Below the pieces are notes generated by a model, which saw only the letters and a list, made by a program, of their open reading frames with translations, was not told where the DNA came from and searched no databases. A DNA stretch of 64,000 bases from Marsupella aquatica (Eukaryota > Plantae > Marchantiophyta), in assembly GCA_973895155.1 (NCBI GenBank), contig OZ316891.1, forward strand, positions 10,293,875 through 10,357,874. Direction: 5' to 3'. Below, piece after piece: positions 1 to 11,890 of this stretch (its first letter is position 1; the number at the start of each line of letters is the position of its first letter). Made by a program: the position numbers and the translations under genes.

Positions 1-1170
1 AACGTTACTGTCTGCACATGCGAGAACTTTGCCCTGCCCATGTTTGCACAAGCCTTTGATGAGGCGAACCAGTGTTCGAGTCTTCCCTGTCCCTGGAGGT
101 CCTTGCCAGAGCGTCATCCTGCCACACATTGCTTTCTGAATGGCATTCTTTTGGCTTCTGTTAATGTCCATCTCCAGGTCCTGTAAAAAAGTAGCAATGA
201 AGCTCCTATATGCTCCAAGATTTTTGCTACCCACTTTTGAGGGAGGGGTCCTCATTATTTTGAGAGCCTCCTGTCTAATAGGTGATTTTAATGACTGATC
301 ATTTGTCTTATCACCCTCTGAGAAAGTTCTGTCGTCCGCAGTTGAATCTAGAGTGACATGTGAAGATTCTGCTTCCATAAGCAAATCCCTAAATGACATG
401 ACTCCTTCTCCCATTCTGGGTAAACTGTCAGGTGAATTGCCAGAATTTGATAGCTTGGATGGGCTCTTCGATGAGTTATTATCCGTGCTGGGCTGTTGTT
501 GCATAGATCCTGGACGTATCTTGGGTGAAGAGAAGGCGTTGACAGCCCATAGGCATCGCTCATAGGCCACACGGTTTGAGGATAAATCCAAACGCCACTT
601 CAATCTCTGATCTACCTCTCCAGCTTGCCTGGACGGCACCACCACTCGTAAAAACCTCCGGGCCCTCTCCATGACGACCCCTTCAACTGTACAATCGTCC
701 CCTTCGAGAGGATTCCTCCTGCTGATGGCAACCACATCTCCGTGGGAGAACTCGTGATACGTGGGCAAAAGCCCATTTCCTTGCGAGTTGTAAAATTGAA
801 GCACTGTGTCTTTATAGAGCTGTCCATCTAGACGCACAGACAGATCGAAGAGCGCCAAGCCCTCGTCCTGGAGCCGCTTCTTTGACCACGTCTTAATTCT
901 CTCTTTCATGGTAGCCATCTCTTCTGTCAACTCGGCTTCGAGCGCTCGTGTGTATCGAGAGCGGTAGCTGTCCAGCTGCAATCGCCTCTGCTCTTGCTTG
1001 GCCCCACGTTGTCTGGTTCCCCTCTCGTCCTCCTGCTGAGGCGTTCTGGAACGGCATCGAGGAGCACTAATTCGCCAATTGACCTTGCAATTGTGGGGTA
1101 AGATGTGAGAACCAGAATTAGGCCATTGTAAGATGCGGTACACGGAATCGTTACCCACCGCGTGAATCAT
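1..1170 (-). CDS. SF1B helicase, IGHMBP2/SMUBP-2/UPF1-like (5' part; runs off the left edge)
   Basis: Manual translation gives an uninterrupted frame from ATG at 1170 to base 1 (absent from the ORF track because it has no stop). Motifs: LEAELTEE..WSKKRLQDEGLALFDL, HEFSHGDVVAISR, WRLDLSSNRVAYERC, INRSQKNAI, Walker A LWQGPPGTGKT, and motif Ia VLACADSNV. Confidence 0.9.
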   Translation of the reverse strand, partial: MIHAVGNDSVYRILQWPNSGSHILPHNCKVNWRISAPRCRSRTPQQEDERGTRQRGAKQEQRRLQLDSYRSRYTRALEAELTEEMATMKERIKTWSKKRLQDEGLALFDLSVRLDGQLYKDTVLQFYNSQGNGLLPTYHEFSHGDVVAISRRNPLEGDDCTVEGVVMERARRFLRVVVPSRQAGEVDQRLKWRLDLSSNRVAYERCLWAVNAFSSPKIRPGSMQQQPSTDNNSSKSPSKLSNSGNSPDSLPRMGEGVMSFRDLLMEAESSHVTLDSTADDRTFSEGDKTNDQSLKSPIRQEALKIMRTPPSKVGSKNLGAYRSFIATFLQDLEMDINRSQKNAIQKAMCGRMTLWQGPPGTGKTRTLVRLIKGLCKHGQGKVLACADSNV

Positions 1171-2982
1171 GGTCCTGCCCAATCAGGACACCTACATTTT
1201 GAGTGAGATACAATCCATTAGGAGCTGCAGCATTTTTCCACAACCAGAACAGATTCTTCTCGATAGTTCAGACGGACCCTGCCTCTGCCTTTCCCTGTAA
1301 GGTCCACCTATGGCATCGCTGCTATTATACCTTCCAGTCTAGCCTCTTTCTCCTACGACCGTGCCAGTGTCCTGATGCTGGGCCAGAATGTGATTCTTCT
1401 CCCCTTCCGTTTTGCTTCCCACCAAGACCTTGGCTCATCCTGTGCTCCTCCAAAATCCAGCTATGGCGTTGTTGCTTTTGTTTACTCTTGTCAAGCCTCT
1501 TTCTCTCCTCAGACATGAACACCTTGCCATAACTCTGCTGCTGAGGCTATGCACAAGTTTTCTCTGTTTCATTAGGCTTCCATTTCAAAGAGGGTATTCA
1601 ACAGCCTGCATGATTGATCAGATGTCTCAAGAGACAGAGCACCAGTTTGCGTTCAAGTGAATTGCAAGATTGCCGTCATGAGCACCTTTCCTGGACCTCA
1701 GCCTGTTTGGCAGCACCTCAATTCACCTACACGCTAAATCTCGCAGCTCAATGTAGATGTCTCGTTCGGTTGAAGGAAATACTCTGCTGCCTTGCATTCA
1801 CATTCAATCTCCACAATATCCAAGAATCCGGATGTATCAAAACTGCTTCTGTCCTCGGATTGGGATCAATGGCAACGAATTCTCACGTCCATCTTTCACT
1901 TCTCAGAAGCATTGTCCGATTTTTCTGAGAAGATCCGAAGCTCTACCCTGCATAAAAATCATCATGATAAAAAACTTGATATATCATCAAACTCAGATTT
2001 ATTACATTGCCACTTTTTCCTCTATAAATACGTACCTTTCCACCCTTTAGTTTAATTATTACTTTAACAGCTCTTTTCAGTACTGGTTAACCCAAGTAAT
2101 TTAGCTTGAAAACAATCCAATGGTGAACATCTGGCCCAAGGTTTCATTGTAAGATGGCTCTCCATGTCATCTACTCTGACGGCATTATCCTATATCTTGG
2201 GCTGGGTCTCTTACTTTTCTTTTGTCCTAACCTGCTCCACCCCCTCTTGGTTGGCTGCCCCAATACTCCATCCCTCCCCCCACCTCACTGGTTGGGGGTG
2301 AGTGAGGAAGTTGAGGTTACATTGAGGATGATGACAGCAGTCCAATGTTGAAAATGAAAATCTGGCAGGATGTTGATCACTAGATCATTCCAAACTAACC
2401 AGAATTCTTTCTCTTAACCAATGGTGAAAAGCATGAAACCCTAGCAATTATATGAAAAGAGTGGCAAACTTTGTAATTTAAACCAAAAAATTGACAATGT
2501 AGTAAGTCTCAATAATTATATGAAATAGTGTAATATTTGTAAATACCAAAAACCTGTGACATTATTGTCAACTAGAATATCTATAGTGGCAAAGTACTTA
2601 AAAGTGTTAGAATTTACTCTTAGTTCTAGAGTTACGACTGTACCGTAGTTAAGGCTAACCTTAGTCACAGACTTGGTTAGGTTAGTCATGTTGTGCACAC
2701 TCTATAACCAAACGGTGTTTGCTTGAAGAGTGGGACTCAGGCTCATTGTTACGGAGCTAGTTGAGAGATAGAGAGAGTTTGCGCTATGGATGTTTGGTAT
2801 GGCCGGTGAAATGTTAAATTTTAGCAAAGTAGGATTACTAGCAAGTAAACTAATCATTTAGTTATAGTTAAGTAGAAGTCGGGACTTTAGGGCCTCCACT
2901 ATGTTAACCCTAAAAATCTTTAGACGAACTTCATTTTCCAGTCGAAGTTCAGTTTTTGTAGTATAGCAGCAACTCTACATAA

Positions 2983-3612
2983 ATGGAGCAATCTGGAGTC
3001 TTCTGCCTGATTGGAGTAACCATTGAGGCGATTTGGGGCATGCATGGTAGCGAGTTAGTTTATGAAGGATGTGATATTCCCTTGGAAGATGGGAAAATGT
3101 GCGCTTTAGGTCCAAGTGCTCGCAAAGTTAGGCTGAACAGAGAACACCAGGATGCAGGGTTGTCAATGCGGAAGCGAACCAATCATTTTTGTAGAACGGT
3201 TGGATCAGGCCAACACATGTACAATTTCTTTGTGCAAATCAATACAGTTGTGTATCAGGTGTGGGAAGAAGCAGGATGTCAATTGTTTGGAGTGCCCGGC
3301 CATGAATTTCACAAGCAACTTGGTGCACAAGAGAGAGAATGTCACCGTGTAATGAATGAGTGTTGGGTAGTTAGAATTGCAAAGAACCGCAACAAGAAAA
3401 CTCAACAGATATTAGGATTCCAAAGAATGAGGATCCACCCCACATACTGGCGACCAGAGGCAAGAATCGGTGAAACACAAGCAGAACCGGTGGAAGTCGC
3501 CATGCAAGCGATTAACATTGGAGCCACCGCAAATGAGGACGAAACTTCGATTGATCGTTCCGAGGAACGATTAACTAGAAGACAACCAGTTAAGCGATGC
3601 ATGATCCAGTAA
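2983..3612 (+). CDS. Putative RPA70 C-terminal-like OB-fold (ssDNA-binding) protein, 209 aa, inside the 2.5-kb element
   Basis: Intact ATG ORF. The pattern VFCLIGVTIEAI..LVYEGC..C..KV..YNFFVQINT..YQVWEEAGCQLFGVPGHEF..WVVRI parallels RPA1 DBD-C (YxAC..CxKKV..Y.L.V.I.D..WVT.F.E.AE.LLG..A). Recognised by eye only. Confidence 0.5.
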   Translation: MEQSGVFCLIGVTIEAIWGMHGSELVYEGCDIPLEDGKMCALGPSARKVRLNREHQDAGLSMRKRTNHFCRTVGSGQHMYNFFVQINTVVYQVWEEAGCQLFGVPGHEFHKQLGAQERECHRVMNECWVVRIAKNRNKKTQQILGFQRMRIHPTYWRPEARIGETQAEPVEVAMQAINIGATANEDETSIDRSEERLTRRQPVKRCMIQ

Positions 3613-4554
3613 CAAGTAACAGTTAAGAGTTACTATGACAAGTAACGATTAACATGTGCCTTTAGTGGAATAAAGCGGTTAGAAAAACTGAATAAGCAGT
3701 TTGACAGTTACAACTGCTAATTGTTAGAGGAAGTTAGACAAACCTGTCTGTAGAAGAGATATAGGATAGCAGAGTAGGAATGGTAGAGGTCTTTTGTTGT
3801 GGAAACTTTCAGGATCAGGAAGCTCGAGAGGCAGCCCAGGAGGAGGTAGTGCCGGATTGCTAGATCCAGAGGTAGATGGAAGCCCATGGAAGAAAAACCA
3901 TGTAAAGAAATTGATGTGTTCATGGAATGAAAGATGCAATCAAGGCCTATTGGCAGGAATTCAGGGAGCATTCAATTGCATAGCTTGTATTTGTTGTATG
4001 TAAGTAGAATCAAGACTAAGAAATTGATATTGAAAAAGAGATGGCTGGAAATATTAACCTTTGACAATGGAGAATTCATTTGGATTTGGTTGGAACCTGT
4101 AAAAGGAAATATCAGAATAGTATGGCATGTGGTGATTGAGATTACAAACAGTTAAAGGAATCCTTGCCCAAGTGAAATTTTGAGTAATGGATAAGAGGCA
4201 ACTTTTGAGTGAGACCCAAAGTAGGTAACATGGAATTAGCTACCTCTGATTGGTCGTTTAAATTGGAACACCATCCCATTTGGGCTACAAAATGCCCCGA
4301 ATGAATGTAAAACCCTGATTGAGAGTTGGGTGAGAATTATTAGAGAGGAAGAAGAAGAGTCAGTAAAGTTATCCTTAATGTAAAGGGGCCAAACTCAAGG
4401 CCAGAGTCCCTATTTGGTCTTTTAAGTGAGTTTCCTTAAACTCTCCTAAAGTTCCCTTGTAAGAACTGAGTTAAGTAAATAAGCAGGTGAGTTAAGAGAG
4501 TTAACCTCCCACTTGAGTTAGAAGATACCCGATGGAGGCAAGGATGGAGCGATG

Positions 4555-4860
4555 GAGGAACCAAAGCTGGGCTGCAGTGCTCAGCAGCTCGAAGCTATGG
4601 AGGGCTGGGCAATGTCGGGCCTGAGCAGCAGCGATGGAGGCACAATCAGGGGCACGATGCAGTGTGGAGCAATGGAGGCAAGGAAGCTAGGCAGTGCTCG
4701 ATCAGCAGCTTGAAGCTATGGAGGGCTTGAGCAATGTCGGGCCTGAGCAGGAAGGCACGATGCAACATTGGAGGCACGATGGGCCTGGGCAGGAAAGAGC
4801 AGAACGTCCTGGCACTAACTCATGGCTGGCACTAACTCGCGGCTGACACTAACTCGCGGT
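4555..4860. repeat. Imperfect internal tandem duplications within the 2.5-kb element
   Basis: cagcagctYgaagctatggagggct..gcaatgtcgggcctgagcag occurs twice about 120 bp apart; gRcactaactc-based 17-bp unit x3 at 4811-4859. Confidence 0.75.
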
Positions 4861-6386
4861 GAGAAGGGCCCGACACTGTTGGAAGGACAAAAAACGGGAT
4901 TGACCCTGTTTCTCGCCCCTGAGTACTTGAAGTTTCCATTTAAGTTAACTCACCCTTTAATTTAGGTACAAGTCACGACCAGTCGCCCTTAATCACTCAC
5001 ATTGCAGATAACTTTAGTATCTGAGGGATTTTCTACAATGGGTTTGGAAATCCTATTTGAAGAATCATTAACCGAAAGGGAAAAGGGAAATTGACATTCA
5101 ATTCAAATAACAGGCGGAGGATCAAACTCAGATAGTTAGATCACTGTCTCGAGTAATCGTATAGGTCATCACTAATTGTTTGACAAAAAGGTTAAATGGT
5201 AGATGACAAGTGAATGAGAAATCGGATCAATTGAAGCCGTATGATGTTTAATTGATATAAAGAAGGATAGTGGAGGAGTTAGGAGTTCCGGAGGAGGGTT
5301 AACTCCAGGAGTTGGCAGCCAGTCAACTTCAGCGGTTAATAGCCGGTCGGCCTAGAGTGCAGTAAAACTCTTGTGTGTTCCCGTGGACGTAGCCTCATGA
5401 GGAGGTGAACCACATATCTCTCTGTGTCGACTCTTGTGCGTTGGATGGTTCATGGGCTTGCCGTTACGATTGTAGTCTATGCTCAACAAAAAGTTGTTAT
5501 ATAGTTATAGAAGACTAGCCCAATGCCATACATAACACAATTGTTGTCGCTTCCATGTGGCTGTTGCGACCATATGGAAGCTGAGAAGTGGCGCCTAGAG
5601 TGTCGCAACAAATACTAATTAGAGGCAGCGCACGTCAGGTCAGGCCATGGCATCACATGGAACTGCTGAACTTAAGTTAGGAGGGTGAGGAGAAGAGGGA
5701 TGCCAGGGCTAGGCGGGGCATGGGCAGAGGGAGGTGATGGTGAGGAAGGCAGTGTTTTCTTTCTGTCTATTCCCCCCTCTCCTCACCTCTCCCTCCCCTT
5801 ATTCTCCTCCCCCTCTCCATATTGGCATTGTGGGCGTTGAGGTGGACCATCACACATGGACCAAAGGCGCAGCCCGGGCGGGCGTTGGGGCAAGCGAGGC
5901 AGCCCACAGGATGGCAAGTGTGGCACACGAGGGTCTGGTGACAATCCAATGGTGCAGAAAAAGACGGAATTGTTTTCCGCCCACAACTCCTTTTGTAAAT
6001 AGACATCTGGTTTAGTAAATGTGAATTTGTGAATAAGTTAAAATAGCAAGGTTCTAGAATGGACCAGCTATATAAACAGAAATAGAAATAGGCATAGAGT
6101 TTGTGCATGGAGGATGTTTGGCAGGATGACATATTTTGTAGTCATATTATAGTGGTTGATGGTAGATACAGACGATGTACATATTGCCACAGAGAAGGTA
6201 CACATCCTCAGTCTACTAAGCGCACGAAAGCAAAGAGCCAGAACCTCTTCATGAGTTTGATATATATCTTCATGCATATCTCAACAAACAGGAAGAAGAC
6301 GAGAAAACACTTCCGACAACAAAATACCTTCAATCTCCTCTCCTCTCCGATCCGATCCGAATGAGGCGGCCAATCATCAGAGCAAT

Positions 6387-8845
6387 ATGATGGTGGACGA
6401 CCAGCTCAACCACGGCAGTAGCTGCATCGGAGGAAGCGGAGCAGAGAGGAGGACGGGGAGGGAGAAGATCGACAGTGGAGAGCAGCGACACCATTCTTTC
6501 CATGTTGGTGCTGAAGTCAATTCCGAGATTTTCACATCTGGAGTGCGAAGGGGAGAAAGAAGAGGCAATGGACCCATCCCCATTGCACTCCTGTCGAACT
6601 TGGGGGACGCTGTCAAATGTGCGTTGAATTCCATTCGGGCAGACGTCTCCGTGCAAACCAACAATGCTCGTGATCAGCTCCTTCGCTCTCTCTATGGTCA
6701 TGATGCTGATGACGATGATGTCCGACGGAGCCACCACGGCAGTAGCTACAGAAGGCGTAGAGTTGTCGCTGCCATCTCCCTTTCCCAGACTGTTGGAACT
6801 GACCAGGTAAGCTGCCTGTCGCTCTTCCCTCTGTTCTGAAAACCCTCGAATCGGATAGGTCGGAGATAATTCCACCTTGCCTGTGAAAATGAGGAATTGG
6901 ATGGGTGTGAGACGAGGATTGCACCTTACGTATGACCCAGCTTAATATGCTTACTGGGACAAAGTGCTACTCATATGTTGCGTAGACCGTTTGCAATTCA
7001 AATCTGGAGGAACATTTTCGAGGGCGACGTTTTCATACAAGCAAATTAGGGTCATGGAAGATGTGGGAGTTTCTGCCAACTCGCTGAAGGTTTAAGCAAA
7101 ATGGATCAGAGGTGGAAACATTTCTAGGGCTGACGGAATAGCTGATGTCGATACCAATCTGCAGATCGAAAGAGGGGTGAAGACGTATTCACTCGATGGT
7201 TACCGGAAAAGTATTTCAGGTTAGGAATCGAAATATTATCATCTACGGAAACTTGTACATAGCAGAATTCTGATAAAGTGGTGCAGTGGTACTCAGAATT
7301 TCTGGCTTATTTTGGGGTGGTTCTGTCGCGACCTTCCTTATGAGACCTTTTGAATTAGCCAATTCGTACACGAAGCAATGAATTTTATTGAATTGTAAGT
7401 TGGATATTTTCTTTATGTTTCGGATTCTGGATGGCGAGGAATCGGCAGAATTGGCTGCTTTAGTCGTTTAGTAATCGTTGCGGATTTGAAAATGAGGAAC
7501 TCATTGAAGTCTCCATTAACTCTTTCCTATATTTCTGGGTGGTAAAGAAATTGGCTGTATTGGCTTCATTCTATTAGAGTTGGCAATAAATTATCTTCTT
7601 TGTGGAAGAAATTGAAATGGAGGGAGTGTGAAAGCTATATTCTGTTGATAAGTTGAATGCTTTCAAAAGGAGGGCAAATTATCAGATAGTGTTACGTTAC
7701 CCAGCGCAACCTCCTGCGATGTGTTCTCTAAATCTTTCTTTTTGTAGAGTGGAGCTGGTGACGTCCATGATGCTAATCGGAGTTCTGCGATCAGCGGGCG
7801 TGCTGATGTCTCCCCAAGGAAAAACGCAAACGGAGGTTGGTTTAGTGAGGTTGGACAAGCAAGGTCTTTCTACAAGCAAATATCCGTGGTGGATCGAGCC
7901 AGGATAGGAGCAATGGCAGGGGGTTTGGCCGGAGGATTCACATACTGTTGCCTTCATCCAATTGACACTGTCAGGACGAAGCTCCAAACACGAGGAGCTG
8001 CACAAGTCTACAAAAATGGATTTGAAGTCGTAGTCTCAATACTGAAAACTAAGGGGGTTCTTGGGTTTTACAGTGGCATATCGGCTGTGTTAGTGGGATC
8101 TATACTCTCGTCGGCTGTCTATTTTGGTTGCATTGAACTGGGAAGGTCAGCATTGGTAAAGTTTACCTCCGTATCTCCTTTGTTGATCCCTCCACTTTCA
8201 GGTGCATTTGGAAACATTGTATCTTCAACAATTCTGGTTCCAAAGGAGGTAATCACACACCGCATGCAGGCAGGGGCGTCTGGAAGATCATGGCATCTCT
8301 TTCTAAGGACAATCCAGAACGAGGGAGTGCGTGGACTTTATGCTGGCTATTCTGCAGCATTGGTCAGAAATCTTCCCTCCAGTGTGTTAAGCTTCACAGC
8401 TTTTGAGTATGTGAAGGCTGTGTTGTTGAAATATACTGGAAAAATTTCCTTGGAACCCTGGCAGAGTGTTTTCTCTGGAGCCATGGCTGGAGCAATTTCA
8501 GGTGCTCTAACTACTCCACTGGATGTGGTGAAGACGAGGCTTATGACTCAAGCAAGAAAAGAGATAATGGGGACCGTAGCGGAAGGAACAGCCACGGCAG
8601 AGTTGAGAGCTAAGATTGCTGCGTCTTCTTATAAAGGAATCTCATCTACACTGAAGCAAATCTGGGTGGAAGAGGGATGGGTTGGGCTGACGAAAGGAAT
8701 GGGGCCACGTTTACTCCATAGTGCTATGTTCTCAGCCCTTGGTTACTTTGCTTTCGAAACTGCCAGAGTGAAATTGGTCAAGAGACATATGGCCAAGCTT
8801 AAACACTCAGAAAGTCAGTCGCAGCCCACAAGCGTCATTTTTTAA
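6387..8845 (+). CDS. MFL1: Mitochondrial-carrier-family protein, MITOFERRINLIKE1 (plastid) ortholog; join(6387..6806,7748..8845)
   Basis: Three Px[DE]xx[KR]xx carrier signatures (PIDTVRTKLQ, PKEVITHRMQ, PLDVVKTRLM). Closely matches Arabidopsis MFL1 motifs (LGFYSG.SAV.VGS..SSAVYFG, LIPP..GA.GNI, GMGPR..HSA.FSA.GYFAFETAR). Phase-0 intron CAG|gtaagc...tttgtag|AGT joins the N-terminal extension in frame. Confidence 0.93.
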
Positions 8846-11139
8846 TTTTGTCACGTTGGTCAAAAGCTGGAGTTGAATTCCCCTGCGATATCATTGTCCA
8901 GTGCTTTGCCTTGCAGTCTTAAGATCAGAGTGGATCACTCTTGGAGGGAGTTAGTGCATGTTGAAGTTGATACTGGAATCTTGTTAGGATCACTGAGCGA
9001 GAAGATCAGGCTTAATCTGTTTGGATTGAAGTCGGAAGGAATTGCAGGCATTCCCTGGTTTAACATTTCAAAGATAGACAGGCTGATAGTACGTATCATT
9101 GTCTGGTTTTGGCTATGTCCACTATCCGTAGCTTGGCCGAGGAGGATCTTGCGAATAAATTGGTCGCGTTGATTGAGCATTCATGCATAATCACTGAGCT
9201 TTTTATCGTGCGGAATCTAGACCGGTCGCCCGATGGCAATAATCAACTTAATTCTCCAAAAACACAAAATGTAGATGATATGATTAACATGACTTGAACA
9301 TTTTGAATGTTTTTCTCTGGCAGTTATTCAACCTACCGCCCAGTCACAGCAGGTAGTGGGTGATTTGTTAACAAGTTGGTTCTGAAAATAATCACTTGGT
9401 TTGGAATGTTCAACAGCTTGAATTTAGGGTACAGGAAGTCTGGCATATAGGTAAAGTAACTCGAAAGAATAGACAAGAGAAACACAACTATGCATTAAGT
9501 GAACTGTGACACCATTGCAAGATCCCAAGATACACAGTGAAATGAACCGTCCAGGCGTCTCAAGGTACCTTTGCATAGTTTCTACTTGTGGTGAAAACTT
9601 CCGAGTTTCAGCAAGAAGGCGAGGCTATGTGAACTAGTCATTTGGAACATCCCACTGCATTGGCAATACACACTGAAGATGTCTACTACGTCCCTGAGAG
9701 CCTCTGTAAGTAGATTTTCAGAGCCTGGAGTTTCTTTCAGAAATTTAGAAGCTTAGAGCCTTATTGGACATCTATAACCTATAAGCGGTTTCTATCAAAG
9801 TAGACACCTCTAGACACCTCTAGCAGGTGTCAATCGTTCTCCCGTCAAGACCAATGTCCCTGAAGTCTGCAAAGTAAGTACCACAAGGGGTTGTCAACCG
9901 TCCTTCCATCATTGAAACAAACAGAATAATAGTGATGGTCGCATAGTCCCCATTTACAGGAGGATTTTAAAAGAGCGCAACAAGTTTTGTTTGGCCTGTC
10001 GTCAAGTTGGGACGAGAGAGTTGCACATCGTGAGCTTTATGAAAACAGTTTCTACCTAATTTTCTGAAAGCTTATGTGAAAGAACAGAATGTGAAGAACT
10101 TCGAGAATGCCGTGGAGAATTAAGGATTGAGGAAGGAAAAGATTTCAGGAGGCCACAACTGTCCAGAGAAACCCGTGAAGGAACGGATAAGATTTTCCAT
10201 CCAGCGGCGAGTGCCAGATCAAGTCTTCTTGTAACTTAATGGCCGCAAGCGTCGACTTCGATCTGAGATTGCCCGGGCCTGAGAAGGAGCCTGATCTCCA
10301 AACTTCTCCCAAATCTCTGACAGTTTTGAATGAATTTTATCAATTAGCTATATGTTGGCTTTTGAATCTTTAAATACGATGTTACAGACTGATTCGAATC
10401 CATGAGTTGTATTGGAAGAAGTTCCGGAACGCCTAGCTTTGAAATTAAGTGGGGGCTCACATATTGTGTTACTTGAAGCACGTTTGCCAAAACTTTCAGT
10501 AGAGCCAGAGTATAAGCTGGATTATCAGTTTTTAACAGGTTGCACGGCTCTTATTCTCGAAGTGAATTCTCTTGTCATCTTACAAGCTAGAAATGGGCTT
10601 GTAGTGTAAATTTCCATGTTGTGTTCTTGATGCACTAATGAGTGGACACTTCGACCTTCAGCCGTCGTGCTTCACGCACAGTTAACACAATTGCATGAAA
10701 GGAATGGATTTAAACGGTTGAGTTGTCGTGGTATCTTTTCATGGTGATGTAGCATTTAGGCTGCTGTCCTTCAGTTCCTTAGAATGGTCTTCCAAGTCCA
10801 CTGAGCAATATTTGTTGCAGCAATCGTGGGCACTTGTCAGGTGTCTCAGCTGGAAGACTATGTCAAAACTATCGCTTTTCTGTGTAGGTGTCATCGTGCA
10901 AGTCAGTGCTACGTATTTGAATAGGTACTTTGGCATTCTGTTTCAAGCATGGACTTCAAAGCTCCCTTTGTATTCTGTTCCTTGGATTTCAACTAATGCT
11001 CTTCGAGACCACGATCTCAGTCAACAAAGCTTTCTTTGTAAAGTAGGTGAGCTACTTGCCTTGACTCTTCTTATGTAAGCTCCGAGGCTGGGACCCTATC
11101 GGATTCATCAGTCTTCAAGCGAGCACCGAGCTAGAGCCA

Positions 11140-11890
11140 ACACAGTGCGGGGGCCCAGGCATTAGAGCAAGTAAAGGATGCTGTTGGGGTGACATTGCTG
11201 TGCCGACAACAAGTCTTCTTTGAGCCGGAATACAACGGTGTACCAATCGAATTCAAATGATTATACTATGGGACTCTTAGGCCCGATATTCTTACAGATC
11301 TTAAAATATGGGCTAGAGACTCGCAAAAATCGGAGCTGATTACACGGCGACTTATCATATCGGTCCCAAATAAGGATAACCAGCGCAGAGTCAACGACGA
11401 ACGGCCGCTGCCGCTGCTGAGGTCCACCTACAAGGTCTTCACAAGAGCTATGCAGACCCGACTAGCCCCTCTGCTGGTCGATGTACGTCATTAATTATAC
11501 TACATCAAAGCACTTCTGTGCCCGGCAGATCGATCCATGCGTCTATGCTACCGACCAACAAACTGTCTCTGTCACGATCCGGAGAAGAAAATTGGATACT
11601 GTGAAGGGTCTTGATAAAATGATCTGGTCCTTCCTCCTACATCTTCTCAAAAGCCGTTGGCTTTGGGCCCCAATTGTGCACAACCATACATGCTAGTTTG
11701 CCGCATCCAGTCCACTCGGCTATAATGATTAACGCACTTTCACTGAGACCTTGGTCAGTCAGACAGGGTTACCCGCTCTCAGCACTACTCTTTATAATAG
11801 TCGGTGATGCACTAAACAGATCAGAGAACCCTCCAGGATAAACGACTAGAAGGGACACGAATTCAAGAACTGAACTCACACCTGCTCACC
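11140..11890 (+). mobile_element. Degenerate LINE (L1/Tx1-like) reverse transcriptase fragment
   Basis: Broken translation shows NGVPIEF, LLGPIFLQI, RPLPLLRSTYKVFTRAMQTRLAPLL and SVRQGYPLSALLFIIVGDAL (non-LTR RT QGxPLS motif), with many stops and frameshifts. Confidence 0.85.

Larger units (their letters stand above)
2807..5341. mobile_element. 2.5-kb insertion with 5-bp TSD (solo-LTR-like, ORF-bearing)
   Basis: GCCGG is duplicated at 2802-2806 and 5342-5346. The homologous empty site at ~29905 reads tggtatg-gttag-tcggcctagag. Ends are TG...TA, with no terminal direct repeat and no gag/pol. Confidence 0.8.
2605..5488 (+). mobile_element. Copia-type solo LTR (~344 bp) split by a nested 2.5-kb insertion
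   Basis: Starts TGTTAG (2605), ends CTCAACA (5488), with AAAAG on both sides (5-bp TSD). Segments 2605-2806 plus 5347-5488 align with the copies at 29711 and 53620. Contains the CCCGTGGACGTAG..GAACCAC motif typical of plant Copia LTRs. Confidence 0.85.

Noticed and set aside
181-234. Possible 54-nt GT-AG intron in the helicase
   Set aside because: It is in frame and stop-free, so no intron is needed to reach the Walker A motif.
6330-6875. 181-aa minus-strand ORF
   Set aside because: Antisense shadow of MFL1 exon 1, which has a proper splice donor on the + strand.
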